DNA from: an uncultured Flavobacteriaceae bacterium
Lineage (GTDB): Bacteria > Bacteroidota > Bacteroidia > Flavobacteriales > Flavobacteriaceae
DNA length: 64,000 nucleotides
Direction: 5' to 3'
NCBI GenBank assembly: GCA_963812405.1
Contig: CAWEUV010000001.1
Location: 147,940-211,939 of the forward strand
Shown one piece after another: positions 56,369 through 64,000 of this stretch. Each line of letters starts with the position of its first letter. Positions within the stretch are counted from its first letter, which is position 1. The notes below the pieces were generated by a model that saw only the letters and a list, made by a program, of their open reading frames with translations, was not told the origin of the DNA and made no database searches. A program made the position numbers and the translations under genes.

Positions 56369-56410
56369 AAAAAAAAACCGTCTTGATACTGAAAACAAGA
56401 CGGTTTTTTT
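56369..56410. terminator. Bidirectional intrinsic terminator
   Basis: AAAAAAAAACCGTCTTG...CAAGACGGTTTTTTT. Confidence 0.8.
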
Positions 56411-56412
56411 AT

Positions 56413-56742
56413 TTATTGACCTTTCTGCATTTCTTCAAGCATTTGGATGTATTGCTCTTGCATATCGTCGTATTTTCCTGTAGCCACAAGGTAAATCAGA
56501 ATTAATACGAAAAGCGAACTGATAACCAAGCTGACAATGTTAATGATTTTCCATGTTTTTAAGGAACCAGGCAGGTAGTTTTCTGGATTTTCAGCCAGAA
56601 GTTTCTCGTCTTTATTGGCCAGGTAGATTCCTATTCCGGATAATAGAACCCCAACGATTCCATTGGAACAACAACATCCTATATAGGAAAGTATTCCTAA
56701 AATCATTACGGCTTGTTGGTTTGGTAATTTTTGTTTCTCCAT
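56413..56742 (-). CDS. CCC-motif membrane protein
   Basis: KLPN...ILGILSYIGCCC...GIYLANKD. Confidence 0.8.
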   Translation of the reverse strand: MEKQKLPNQQAVMILGILSYIGCCCSNGIVGVLLSGIGIYLANKDEKLLAENPENYLPGSLKTWKIINIVSLVISSLFVLILIYLVATGKYDDMQEQYIQMLEEMQKGQ

Positions 56743-56766
56743 GATTTGATAATTGGTTAACGATTG

Positions 56767-57051
56767 TTATAAGTAAAAATGTTTTATAAAATAAGATACA
56801 ACCATAATCACGGCGTTAAGTATTCCTAAAGTGACTATCGGCGTATGGTAATTGCGGCTCTTGTCTATATAACTAAGCCCTGTAATGAAAAGAAAAGGGA
56901 GTAAGGTGTAAATTGCCGGAAACATGTAAAACGCTTCTGTAAAATCGCCTTTACAAAGCAAAACAAAAGCGCGTTGTGTTCCGCAACCAAAGCATTCGAT
57001 TCCGAAAACTTTTTTGCTCAAACAAGGGAGCATGTATTCTTCCATATACAA
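56767..57051 (-). CDS. DUF2752 family membrane protein
   Basis: PCLSKKVFGIECFGCGTQRA...GDFTEA. Confidence 0.85.
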   Translation of the reverse strand: MYMEEYMLPCLSKKVFGIECFGCGTQRAFVLLCKGDFTEAFYMFPAIYTLLPFLFITGLSYIDKSRNYHTPIVTLGILNAVIMVVSYFIKHFYL

Positions 57052-57149
57052 GTTTTTTCTTTCAGCAATGTAATAAAAAAACAGATAGTTTTAAAATAAT
57101 CGTAGTGCTATTTTAAAGTTTGTTATTTTTGAAATCTTAATTTAAATCT

Positions 57150-57332
57150 ATGAAAACAATTTACATCATACTTATTTTCGGACTCATGGGATGGGCGTTT
57201 TACGAGCAGACTAAACCGGTTCCAAATGTGTTTATTCAGGTGATAGGAGTGTTGGCTTTTTTCTTCTTAATGATGAAATTGATGTCTAAGGTTTCCAGTA
57301 ATAATAAAGATAAAGAAGAGGAAGATGTTTAG
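57150..57332 (+). CDS. Small two-TM protein
   Basis: Two hydrophobic segments; overlaps the start of the Smr gene by 8 nt. Confidence 0.65.
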   Translation: MKTIYIILIFGLMGWAFYEQTKPVPNVFIQVIGVLAFFFLMMKLMSKVSSNNKDKEEEDV

Positions 57333-57879
57333 TATAGGAGATAAGGTTTTTGTTCTTGATGAAGACTTCAGTGGAGTAGTGGTTGGCTTCCAAAAAGACC
57401 AGATTGTGGTGGAAACGGAAGATGGATTTACGATGACATATTTTGTCAACGAATTGATTAAAGAGCAGAATTCCAATGAATTAAAATCATTTACTTCAAG
57501 TCAGAATATGAATCAGGTTTTAAAAGAGAAAGAGTTGCCGGAAAAGCGTTCTTTTGTTAAAGAAAAGAAATCCCGTAAGGATGAATTCGTGTTGGAAGTA
57601 GATTTACACATCGAAAAACTGGTGCCTTCCAAACGCGGAATGTCCAATTACGATATTTTAAATTTACAGATGGAAACGGCAAAACGCCAACTCGATTTTG
57701 CAGTGAGAAACCGAATGCCAAAAGTGGTTTTTATCCACGGTGTAGGTGAAGGTGTTTTAAAAGCGGAACTGGATTTTCTGTTAGGGCGATATGAAGGAAT
57801 TTCATTTCAGGATGCCAACTATCAGAAATACGGATTGGGTGCCACCGAGGTGTACATCAAACAAAATCCGAATCGATAA
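57325..57879 (+). CDS. KOW/SH3-like plus Smr-domain protein
   Basis: FSIGDKVFVLD...GVV (KOW-like); VDLH and FIHGVGEGVLK, YGLGATEV (Smr). Confidence 0.85.
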   Translation: MFSIGDKVFVLDEDFSGVVVGFQKDQIVVETEDGFTMTYFVNELIKEQNSNELKSFTSSQNMNQVLKEKELPEKRSFVKEKKSRKDEFVLEVDLHIEKLVPSKRGMSNYDILNLQMETAKRQLDFAVRNRMPKVVFIHGVGEGVLKAELDFLLGRYEGISFQDANYQKYGLGATEVYIKQNPNR

Positions 57880-57882
57880 AAA

Positions 57883-58404
57883 TTATAAAGTAGTGGTGTA
57901 GGTTCCGTAAAGGTATTCGTCAAAAACAAAAGAATCCTGTGCGCCTACAAATTGGATGTTGATGAATTTAATTTGATGATTGTATCCCGTTATGGTAACT
58001 TCTCCGGTAATTTCATCGGTTACGGTTCTCGCAGTGGTAATTATTTCGATAGTTCCTCCGTTGGCGGCACCCCATTCGTTTAAAACTGTAGGTGAAGCCG
58101 GAGGTACATCAGCGCAAATGACATTGTTTGAAGCGTTTCCATTGTATTTTCGGTACAAAATACGGTTAGTGGATGAGACGGTTGCGATTCTGGGCTCTCC
58201 GTCCGGAGTAATTTCATTTGGAAAATATGTTGATGGAATGTCAAGCAGTAACAATTCGTCTTTGTTGATTTTAAACAAAACTTCTTTATCGCTACATTTC
58301 TGAATCGCAACGTTGTTAAAGTTGAATGACTGTAAAACGATATCGCCATCATCACAAGAAGATATAAGAAGTGCGCAAACCAATAATCCGAATAACTTTT
58401 TCAT
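57883..58404 (-). CDS. Hypothetical lipoprotein
   Basis: Lipobox ISS-C then DDGD; ATG at 58404, TATTTTTG box upstream. Confidence 0.78.
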   Translation of the reverse strand: MKKLFGLLVCALLISSCDDGDIVLQSFNFNNVAIQKCSDKEVLFKINKDELLLLDIPSTYFPNEITPDGEPRIATVSSTNRILYRKYNGNASNNVICADVPPASPTVLNEWGAANGGTIEIITTARTVTDEITGEVTITGYNHQIKFINIQFVGAQDSFVFDEYLYGTYTTTL

Positions 58405-58517
58405 AAGTAGAATTGTTTGGGACAAAAATAGCATTTTTAGATTGCAAAAGCCAATAAAAGAAATACCGAAAATTCAGCAATATTGCTATATTTGAAATCC
58501 AAATGAAAAAATAATTT

Positions 58518-60293
58518 ATGTCATCTAAACACCAAACCAATTATCCAGCGCTTTATACGTTGATTACAGTCTTCTTTTTTTGGGGATTTATAGCTGCAGG
58601 AAACAGTATTTTTATCCCTTATTGTAAAATTAAATTCTCGCTGGATCAGTTTCAGTCGCAATTAGTTGATTTTGCGTTTTATACCGCTTACTATGTGGGC
58701 GCTTTATTGTTGTTCCTTTTTGGAACCTCAAAACAAAAAGATATCGTTGGGAGTTGGGGGTATAAGAAAAGTATCGTGTTCGGATTACTGTTTTCTGCCT
58801 TGGGAGCCGGAGCGATGATTATAGCTGTTGAAGCGAACATTTATGCCGGAATGCTGGCCGGATTGTTTATTGTGGCCTTGGGTTTTTCACTTCAGCAAAC
58901 TGCCGCAAATCCGTTTGCAATTTCATTAGGTAACCCGAAAACGGGTGCCGACCGTGTAAATCTTGGAGGCGGAATCAATTCTTTCGGAACAACAATAGGA
59001 CCTTTGGTGGTTGGATTGGCTCTTTTCGGAACCACCGCATCAGTAACCGATGAACAAATAAAAGGATTACCGTTAGACAAGGCAATATTGCTTTACGTTT
59101 GTGTCGGACTTTTGTTTGTTGCTGCCGCTGCAATGTTTCATTTCTCGAAAAAGGTTCCCGCCGGAATTTCCAATGAACCCATGGAAAAAGCCAATAAAGC
59201 TTTGCGTACATTGTTGATTATGACAGGTTTGCTGGCGATTATGTTTACTCCGGTATTTAACAGTTATAAAAGTAAGGAGGCTCTTAAAATTATTGCTTTA
59301 GAAAAAAGAATAGAAACTATTAAAACTCAGTTTTCAGGGAAAATAAAAGAGTTGTCTGGTGACGAGCTGAATAAGATAAGAGCGGAAATTGGCGTACACG
59401 AGTCGGAAATAAAAACGATAAAACCTGGTCTGGAACAATACAGGATGTATTGGCTTTTGGGAGCACTTACAGTTGTTGTGGGAGGATTATTGTTTTCATA
59501 CAAGGCCGCGCAAAAAAACAATGAAGGTTGGGGCGCAATGAAATATCCGCAATTGGTTTTGGGGATGTTGGCTATTTTTACCTATGTTGGTGTGGAAGTT
59601 GCCATCGGAAGTAATCTTACCGAATTGTTGAAACTGAAGGATTTTGGTGCTTTTAGTGTATCTGACAGTGCTCCGTATATTTCGATGTACTGGGGAAGTC
59701 TTATGATTGGACGCTGGGCAGGAGCTATCAGTGTTTTTCATCTGAACAATACCAAAAAGGCATTGGCTTTAATTATCATTCCCTTAATTGCCTTTGCAGT
59801 GATTATCGGTGTTAATACAGTGGCGCAAAAAAACATGACACCGTTGTATTATTACGTAGTTTGCATCTTATTGCAAATCGGGGCTTTCTTTATCAGTAAA
59901 GACAAACCTGCGCGCACGTTAACGGTTTTCTCGGTTTTTGGAGTTTTGGCGATGCTAATTGGTTTGTTTTCAACGGGAACGGTAGCTATCTATGCATTTT
60001 TAGCGGGCGGATTGGCGTGCAGTATCATGTGGCCGGCAATTTTCAGTTTGTCAATTATCGGATTAGGGAAATACACCTCTCAAGGTTCGGCTTTCTTGGT
60101 AATGATGATTTTAGGCGGTGGAATTATTCCTCCAATTCAAGGAAAATTGTCTGATATCATCGGAATCCATCAATCTTATGTTATTCCGGTGCTTTGTTTT
60201 GGTTATCTTTTGTTCTTTGCGGTAGTCGTGAAATCAATGCTTAAAAAACAAGGAATTGAGGTAGATGAAATCGAAACCGATGGCGCACATTAA
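58518..60293 (+). CDS. MFS sugar transporter (FucP/GluP family) with a central insertion
   Basis: [58 protein letters not shown]. Confidence 0.88.
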   Translation: MSSKHQTNYPALYTLITVFFFWGFIAAGNSIFIPYCKIKFSLDQFQSQLVDFAFYTAYYVGALLLFLFGTSKQKDIVGSWGYKKSIVFGLLFSALGAGAMIIAVEANIYAGMLAGLFIVALGFSLQQTAANPFAISLGNPKTGADRVNLGGGINSFGTTIGPLVVGLALFGTTASVTDEQIKGLPLDKAILLYVCVGLLFVAAAAMFHFSKKVPAGISNEPMEKANKALRTLLIMTGLLAIMFTPVFNSYKSKEALKIIALEKRIETIKTQFSGKIKELSGDELNKIRAEIGVHESEIKTIKPGLEQYRMYWLLGALTVVVGGLLFSYKAAQKNNEGWGAMKYPQLVLGMLAIFTYVGVEVAIGSNLTELLKLKDFGAFSVSDSAPYISMYWGSLMIGRWAGAISVFHLNNTKKALALIIIPLIAFAVIIGVNTVAQKNMTPLYYYVVCILLQIGAFFISKDKPARTLTVFSVFGVLAMLIGLFSTGTVAIYAFLAGGLACSIMWPAIFSLSIIGLGKYTSQGSAFLVMMILGGGIIPPIQGKLSDIIGIHQSYVIPVLCFGYLLFFAVVVKSMLKKQGIEVDEIETDGAH

Positions 60294-60317
60294 AGTCTTA
60301 ATAAAATAATAATATAC

Positions 60318-60360
60318 AATTCGGAGCCGGGGAAATGCTTTACCTTTGCTCCGAATTTTT
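60318..60360 (+). terminator. Terminator hairpin containing a -7 box for the next gene
   Basis: AATTCGGAGC / GCTCCGAATT plus a T run; TACCTTTG at 60341-60348. Confidence 0.6.
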
Positions 60361-60365
60361 TTTAT

Positions 60366-61298
60366 ATGCGAATCAATAAATACTATCTGGCGGCCTTTAC
60401 AGCCTTTGTGATATGGGGTTTTTTCAGTCTGGCATTAAAACCCATACATCATTATCCGTCGTTGGATATTTTGTTTTATCGGGTTTTTTTCAGTGTCGTG
60501 CTCATATCGGCAATCAATTTGTTTGTGAGACGTGATGTACTTTTAAAAGACTGGAATAACTATAAGTCAAAATCGAAATCAGATCGAAATAAAATCATCC
60601 GTGTTAATATCGGAGGAGGATTGTTGCTTACGGCCAATTGGTTTATTTTTATTTACGTAATGAACCATATCAGCGTTAAAGCGGCTTCGTTTGCTTATTT
60701 GGTTTGTCCGATACTAACCACTGTTTTAGCATTTATTATCCTAAAGGAAAAACTGAGTAAATGGCAATGGGTTGCAGTAGGGATAAGTGTTTTGGGCTGT
60801 GGATTGCTTTCGTTTAATAATTTTGCCGATATTTTTTACAGTCTGATTGTGGCGTTAACCTATGCTATGTATCTGATTTCGCAACGCAAGAATACCGAAG
60901 TGGATAAATTCGTAGGATTGAACATTCAGATTTTAACGGCTGGAATTATTTTATTGCCTTTTTTTCCGGTATTTAGCGGACCAGTTCCGGCAGAAAGTTT
61001 GTTTTATATTTGCCTTGTTTTTATTGTGATTTTGTTTACCATACTTCCGCTGTTTCTGAATTTGTTTGCACTTAAAGGAGTAAATTCGTCTACGGTAGGA
61101 ATCATGTTGTATATCAATCCTTTGATTAATTTCGTTTTGGCTGTTTTTTATTATAAAGAAGAAGTGAATACCGTACAGTTGATATCCTATTCGCTAATTC
61201 TGATTTCCATTATTGTTTTCAACGAAAAGCTTATCTTTAACAGAAAATTGAACCCACAGAAAGTTACTGAATCCCATGAAGAAAATATACCTCGATAA
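60366..61298 (+). CDS. EamA/RarD-family (DMT) transporter
   Basis: AFVIWGFFSL, ANWFIFIY, ASFAYLVCP, GIMLYINP; about 10 TMs. Confidence 0.88.
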   Translation: MRINKYYLAAFTAFVIWGFFSLALKPIHHYPSLDILFYRVFFSVVLISAINLFVRRDVLLKDWNNYKSKSKSDRNKIIRVNIGGGLLLTANWFIFIYVMNHISVKAASFAYLVCPILTTVLAFIILKEKLSKWQWVAVGISVLGCGLLSFNNFADIFYSLIVALTYAMYLISQRKNTEVDKFVGLNIQILTAGIILLPFFPVFSGPVPAESLFYICLVFIVILFTILPLFLNLFALKGVNSSTVGIMLYINPLINFVLAVFYYKEEVNTVQLISYSLILISIIVFNEKLIFNRKLNPQKVTESHEENIPR

Positions 61299-62397
61299 CG
61301 CTTCAACTACTCCAATTCGCCCTGAAGTGATTCAGGAAATGACCAAGGTGCTTTCGGAAGATTTCGGAAATCCTTCTTCGACGCACAGTTTCGGACGAAG
61401 TGCCAAAGTACTGATCGAATCGGCGCGTAAATCAATTGCAAAGCAGCTAAATGCTACTGCATCCGAGATAATTTTCACTTCCTGTGGTACTGAAGCCAAC
61501 AACTGGATTTTGCGTTCAGCGGTAAAAGATTTGAAGGTTAAGCGTATTATTACCAGTAAAATTGAGCATCACGCGGTTTTGCATACGGTGGAAATACTCC
61601 AACACGAATTCGGAATTCAGGTAGATTTCGTAGCGGTAAAACCATCCGGTGAAATCGATTTTACAGATTTGGTGGAATTGCTTTCCGATACGAAAAAGAC
61701 GTTGGTAAGTTTGATGCACGTAAATAACGAAATCGGTACGGTGCTGAATATGGAAAAAGCCGTAAGACTTTGTCAGGGGCATAACGCGTTGTTTCACACT
61801 GATACGGTACAATCTGTCGGAAAAACTGAAATCGACGTGCAAAACTGTCCTGTAGACTTTCTCGTGGCGAGCGCACACAAATTTCACGGACCAAAAGGAG
61901 CAGGATTCGCCTATGTTAAAAAGAACAGTGGTTTACAGCCTTTGTTTTTTGGCGGTGAACAGGAAAAAGGTTTCCGTGCCGGAACCGAAGCGGTACATCA
62001 GATTGTGGGAATGGCAAAAGCATTGGAATTGGCCTATGATCATCTGGAGGAAGACAGAAATCATATTTCCGAATTGAAAAACTATATGATGGAACGTTTT
62101 GAAATCGATTTTCCGGAATGTAAGTTTAATGGAGAAGATACTTTTTATAATATTCTGAATGTGAATTTGCCGTTAGCGGAAGAAAAAACGGCTATGATTT
62201 TGTTCAATTTAGACATGAAAGGGATTGCGGTTTCCCGCGGAAGTGCTTGTCAAAGCGGAAGCGTAAAACCATCGCACGTTTTAGCTGAAATTCTGGATGA
62301 TGAGGAATTGAAAAAACCGAGTTTGCGCATTTCGTTCAGCCATTACAATACAAAAGAGGATGTCGACGCTTTATTGGATGCTTTAAAAACGCTATAA
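61276..62397 (+). CDS. Group I cysteine desulfurase (IscS/NifS-like), stand-alone
   Basis: YLDNASTT, GNPSS, NNEIG, HTDTVQ, PLP Lys in SAHKFHGPKG, SRGSACQSGS. Confidence 0.92.
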   Translation: MKKIYLDNASTTPIRPEVIQEMTKVLSEDFGNPSSTHSFGRSAKVLIESARKSIAKQLNATASEIIFTSCGTEANNWILRSAVKDLKVKRIITSKIEHHAVLHTVEILQHEFGIQVDFVAVKPSGEIDFTDLVELLSDTKKTLVSLMHVNNEIGTVLNMEKAVRLCQGHNALFHTDTVQSVGKTEIDVQNCPVDFLVASAHKFHGPKGAGFAYVKKNSGLQPLFFGGEQEKGFRAGTEAVHQIVGMAKALELAYDHLEEDRNHISELKNYMMERFEIDFPECKFNGEDTFYNILNVNLPLAEEKTAMILFNLDMKGIAVSRGSACQSGSVKPSHVLAEILDDEELKKPSLRISFSHYNTKEDVDALLDALKTL

Positions 62398-62417
62398 TAC
62401 GTTTGCAATCGTTGCTT

Positions 62418-62867
62418 TTAGACTCCGAATTGTCTTAAATGATGGTCAAGGTGTTTCCATTGAAAAACGGCCCATTCTTCGGGAGTAAATTTACCAAAAA
62501 ACGGGTGAGGGTAGGTCGTGCATTGTGAAGGACCACCTTCAAAAAACGAATTGATTGATGCGATTACTTTTGATTTTTCAATTTCAAAATTGCTGTCTTC
62601 GGGGAAGATATAACTTTTGTCTGTTGGGGAATTTTTACCAAACGGTTGTTCTCCAAGTACTTTAGGTTTCAGGAAAGAACCGATGATTCTTCCAATAAAA
62701 AGCATTTTCATAAAATTCTTTCCCATTGCCGTTTCGGTCGATTTATTGCAATGCGCCAGCATTTGTGCCACGTTCATTTTTCCCCATTTTCGTTGGGATT
62801 CGGGCGTTAGTTTTTCAATACGTTCTAAAATCTCGGAAACGTCGGTTGGGTTGAATAAGCTTTTCAT
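62418..62867 (-). CDS. DUF1569 (DinB-like) family protein
   Basis: RKWGKMNVAQMLAHC, HPFFGKFTPEEW, KHLDHHLRQFGV. Confidence 0.88.
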   Translation of the reverse strand: MKSLFNPTDVSEILERIEKLTPESQRKWGKMNVAQMLAHCNKSTETAMGKNFMKMLFIGRIIGSFLKPKVLGEQPFGKNSPTDKSYIFPEDSNFEIEKSKVIASINSFFEGGPSQCTTYPHPFFGKFTPEEWAVFQWKHLDHHLRQFGV

Positions 62868-62879
62868 TAAAGGATGATA

Positions 62880-63845
62880 TTATTTTTTATTTGCTTTCTC
62901 TTGTTTTTTGAAATACCCTCTGAAAAAGAAATTGTGTTTCAAGGCTTCTAAATTCTGGTTCAGTTTGATGCTGGATTGGTTGATATTGGTCATGGTTGAG
63001 TCTATTTTCTGTACCAGTTCAGGATTGTTGGAAAGGTAATTGATGGCGCCTTTTCCTTCTTTGGCGTTAGTAATGGTAGTGTTCAGGTTTTCAATCACAG
63101 TATCGATTTTAACACTCGATTTTTCCAGATTTACCACAATTTGTTTGATTCTGTTGGCTACTACCGTGTCGTTTATAACACCAATCACGTTGTCTTTTCG
63201 ATCTAATGAAGTTATCAGTTGGTTTAAATTGGCTACCGATTCTGTGGTACCCTGACTCGTGATTTTAAGATACTGCAGCGTTTGTTTTAAGTCATTCGCC
63301 ATACTGGTGTCGTTCAGTAACATGCCTACGGTTCCTTTTCCATCAGTGATTTCTTTGGTGATTTTGATTAAATCGGCAGTTAAAATAGCAGCGTTTTCAT
63401 TGGTCACACTCAGCGTTTTCAGTATGTCTTCGGTTCGTACCCTGCTGAAGGATTTTATCACATCGCCAGCTTTTACAACGGGCGCGTTTCCTTTTCCGGG
63501 CAGGATATTGATAATCATATTTCCAACCAAACCGTCGGAGCTTATCGTTGCAATAGCGTCTTTTTTGATGTGCGGAAGAATTTTATCGTTGATAATCATG
63601 TCGACACGAATCAGGGTGTCATTAATCATTTCAATTTCTTTCACGGTTCCCACGTTAATACCCGAATAACGCACGTTGTTGCCAAGTTGTAATCCGTTTA
63701 CATTGTTGAAAATGGTACTGATGTGCGATGTTTTTCCAAACATGTTTTGTTTTTTTCCAATGAAATATATTCCAATGACAAACAAGGACAGGCCGGTCAG
63801 AACAAATATTCCGAGTTTTATTTTTTGTGCATTTGTTTTTTCCAT
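62880..63845 (-). CDS. MlaD/MCE family protein with a long helical extension
   Basis: N-terminal TM, FNNVNGLQLGNNVRYSGINVGTV (MCE), GLVGN, helical repeats, HNFFFRGYF. Confidence 0.9.
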   Translation of the reverse strand: MEKTNAQKIKLGIFVLTGLSLFVIGIYFIGKKQNMFGKTSHISTIFNNVNGLQLGNNVRYSGINVGTVKEIEMINDTLIRVDMIINDKILPHIKKDAIATISSDGLVGNMIINILPGKGNAPVVKAGDVIKSFSRVRTEDILKTLSVTNENAAILTADLIKITKEITDGKGTVGMLLNDTSMANDLKQTLQYLKITSQGTTESVANLNQLITSLDRKDNVIGVINDTVVANRIKQIVVNLEKSSVKIDTVIENLNTTITNAKEGKGAINYLSNNPELVQKIDSTMTNINQSSIKLNQNLEALKHNFFFRGYFKKQEKANKK

Positions 63846-63851
63846 ACCAGT

Positions 63852-64000
63852 TTATTTAAAGAAAGCTTTTACTTTAGGATCGGTTGAAGAAGCAAGTTCC
63901 TGAAAGGTTCCTTCGGCATAATTAATTCCGTCTACGAGCAATATCATCCGGTTCGAAATTACCCGCGCACAATCTACATCGTGTGTTATAATCACCGAAG
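63852..64000 (-). CDS. C-terminal fragment of an MlaF-like ABC ATP-binding protein
   Basis: Minus-strand frame SVIITHDVDCARVISNRMILLVDG...DPKVKAFFK, stop at 63852-63854; H-loop ITHD; directly upstream of mlaD. Confidence 0.8.
   Translation of the reverse strand, partial: SVIITHDVDCARVISNRMILLVDGINYAEGTFQELASSTDPKVKAFFK

Noticed and set aside
55856-56398. 180-aa antisense ORF over rocD, and the many other 60-140 aa antisense or alternate-frame ORFs in the track (e.g. 24157-24582, 42685-43098, 63259-63669)
   Set aside because: They lie within well-supported genes, have no recognisable motifs and show the Ser/Phe/Ile-rich composition of shadow frames.
1-64000. Prophage, IS element, integron, tRNA/rRNA or anti-phage defence island
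   Set aside because: No integrase, transposase, phage structural gene, tRNA fold or recognisable defence gene was seen; the content is mostly core genome.

Overview
AT-rich chromosomal segment of a Flavobacterium-like Bacteroidota genome. Evidence: TAnnTTTG -7 promoter boxes, a T9SS C-terminal domain protein and typical Flavobacteriaceae DUF families. It holds about 72 tightly packed genes, mostly core: uvrA, an ECF sigma factor, nth, bcp, a DEAD-box helicase, lolD, msrA, folE, serC/serA, ychF, parE/parC, murQ, rlmD, rocD, a cysteine desulfurase and the end of an Mla-type ABC operon. I saw no tRNA, rRNA, CRISPR array, transposase or prophage. The best candidate for an undescribed system is the operon at 19316-23699: membrane-anchored HEAT-repeat protein, processive GT2 synthase, TPR/YaiO beta-barrel and a stand-alone receiver. 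The first three genes overlap by 4 bp, and the set looks like a synthase-dependent polysaccharide secretion machine of unknown product. Other points of interest: an XRE-HTH/membrane sensor with palindromic TGAC/GTCA boxes ahead of a pepsin-fold protease gene; a pseudo-dihydroorotase lacking four His metal ligands; an endonuclease III with no Fe-S motif; a PncC-like/nucleotidyltransferase-like fusion; a HAD gene abutting serC; a KOW-Smr protein; a Flavo-1-like structured element; and many intergenic 7/8-nt-period arrays and REP-like palindromes. Family names come from motif recognition and recall, not database searches. Several start codons were moved downstream of the ORF-track starts.
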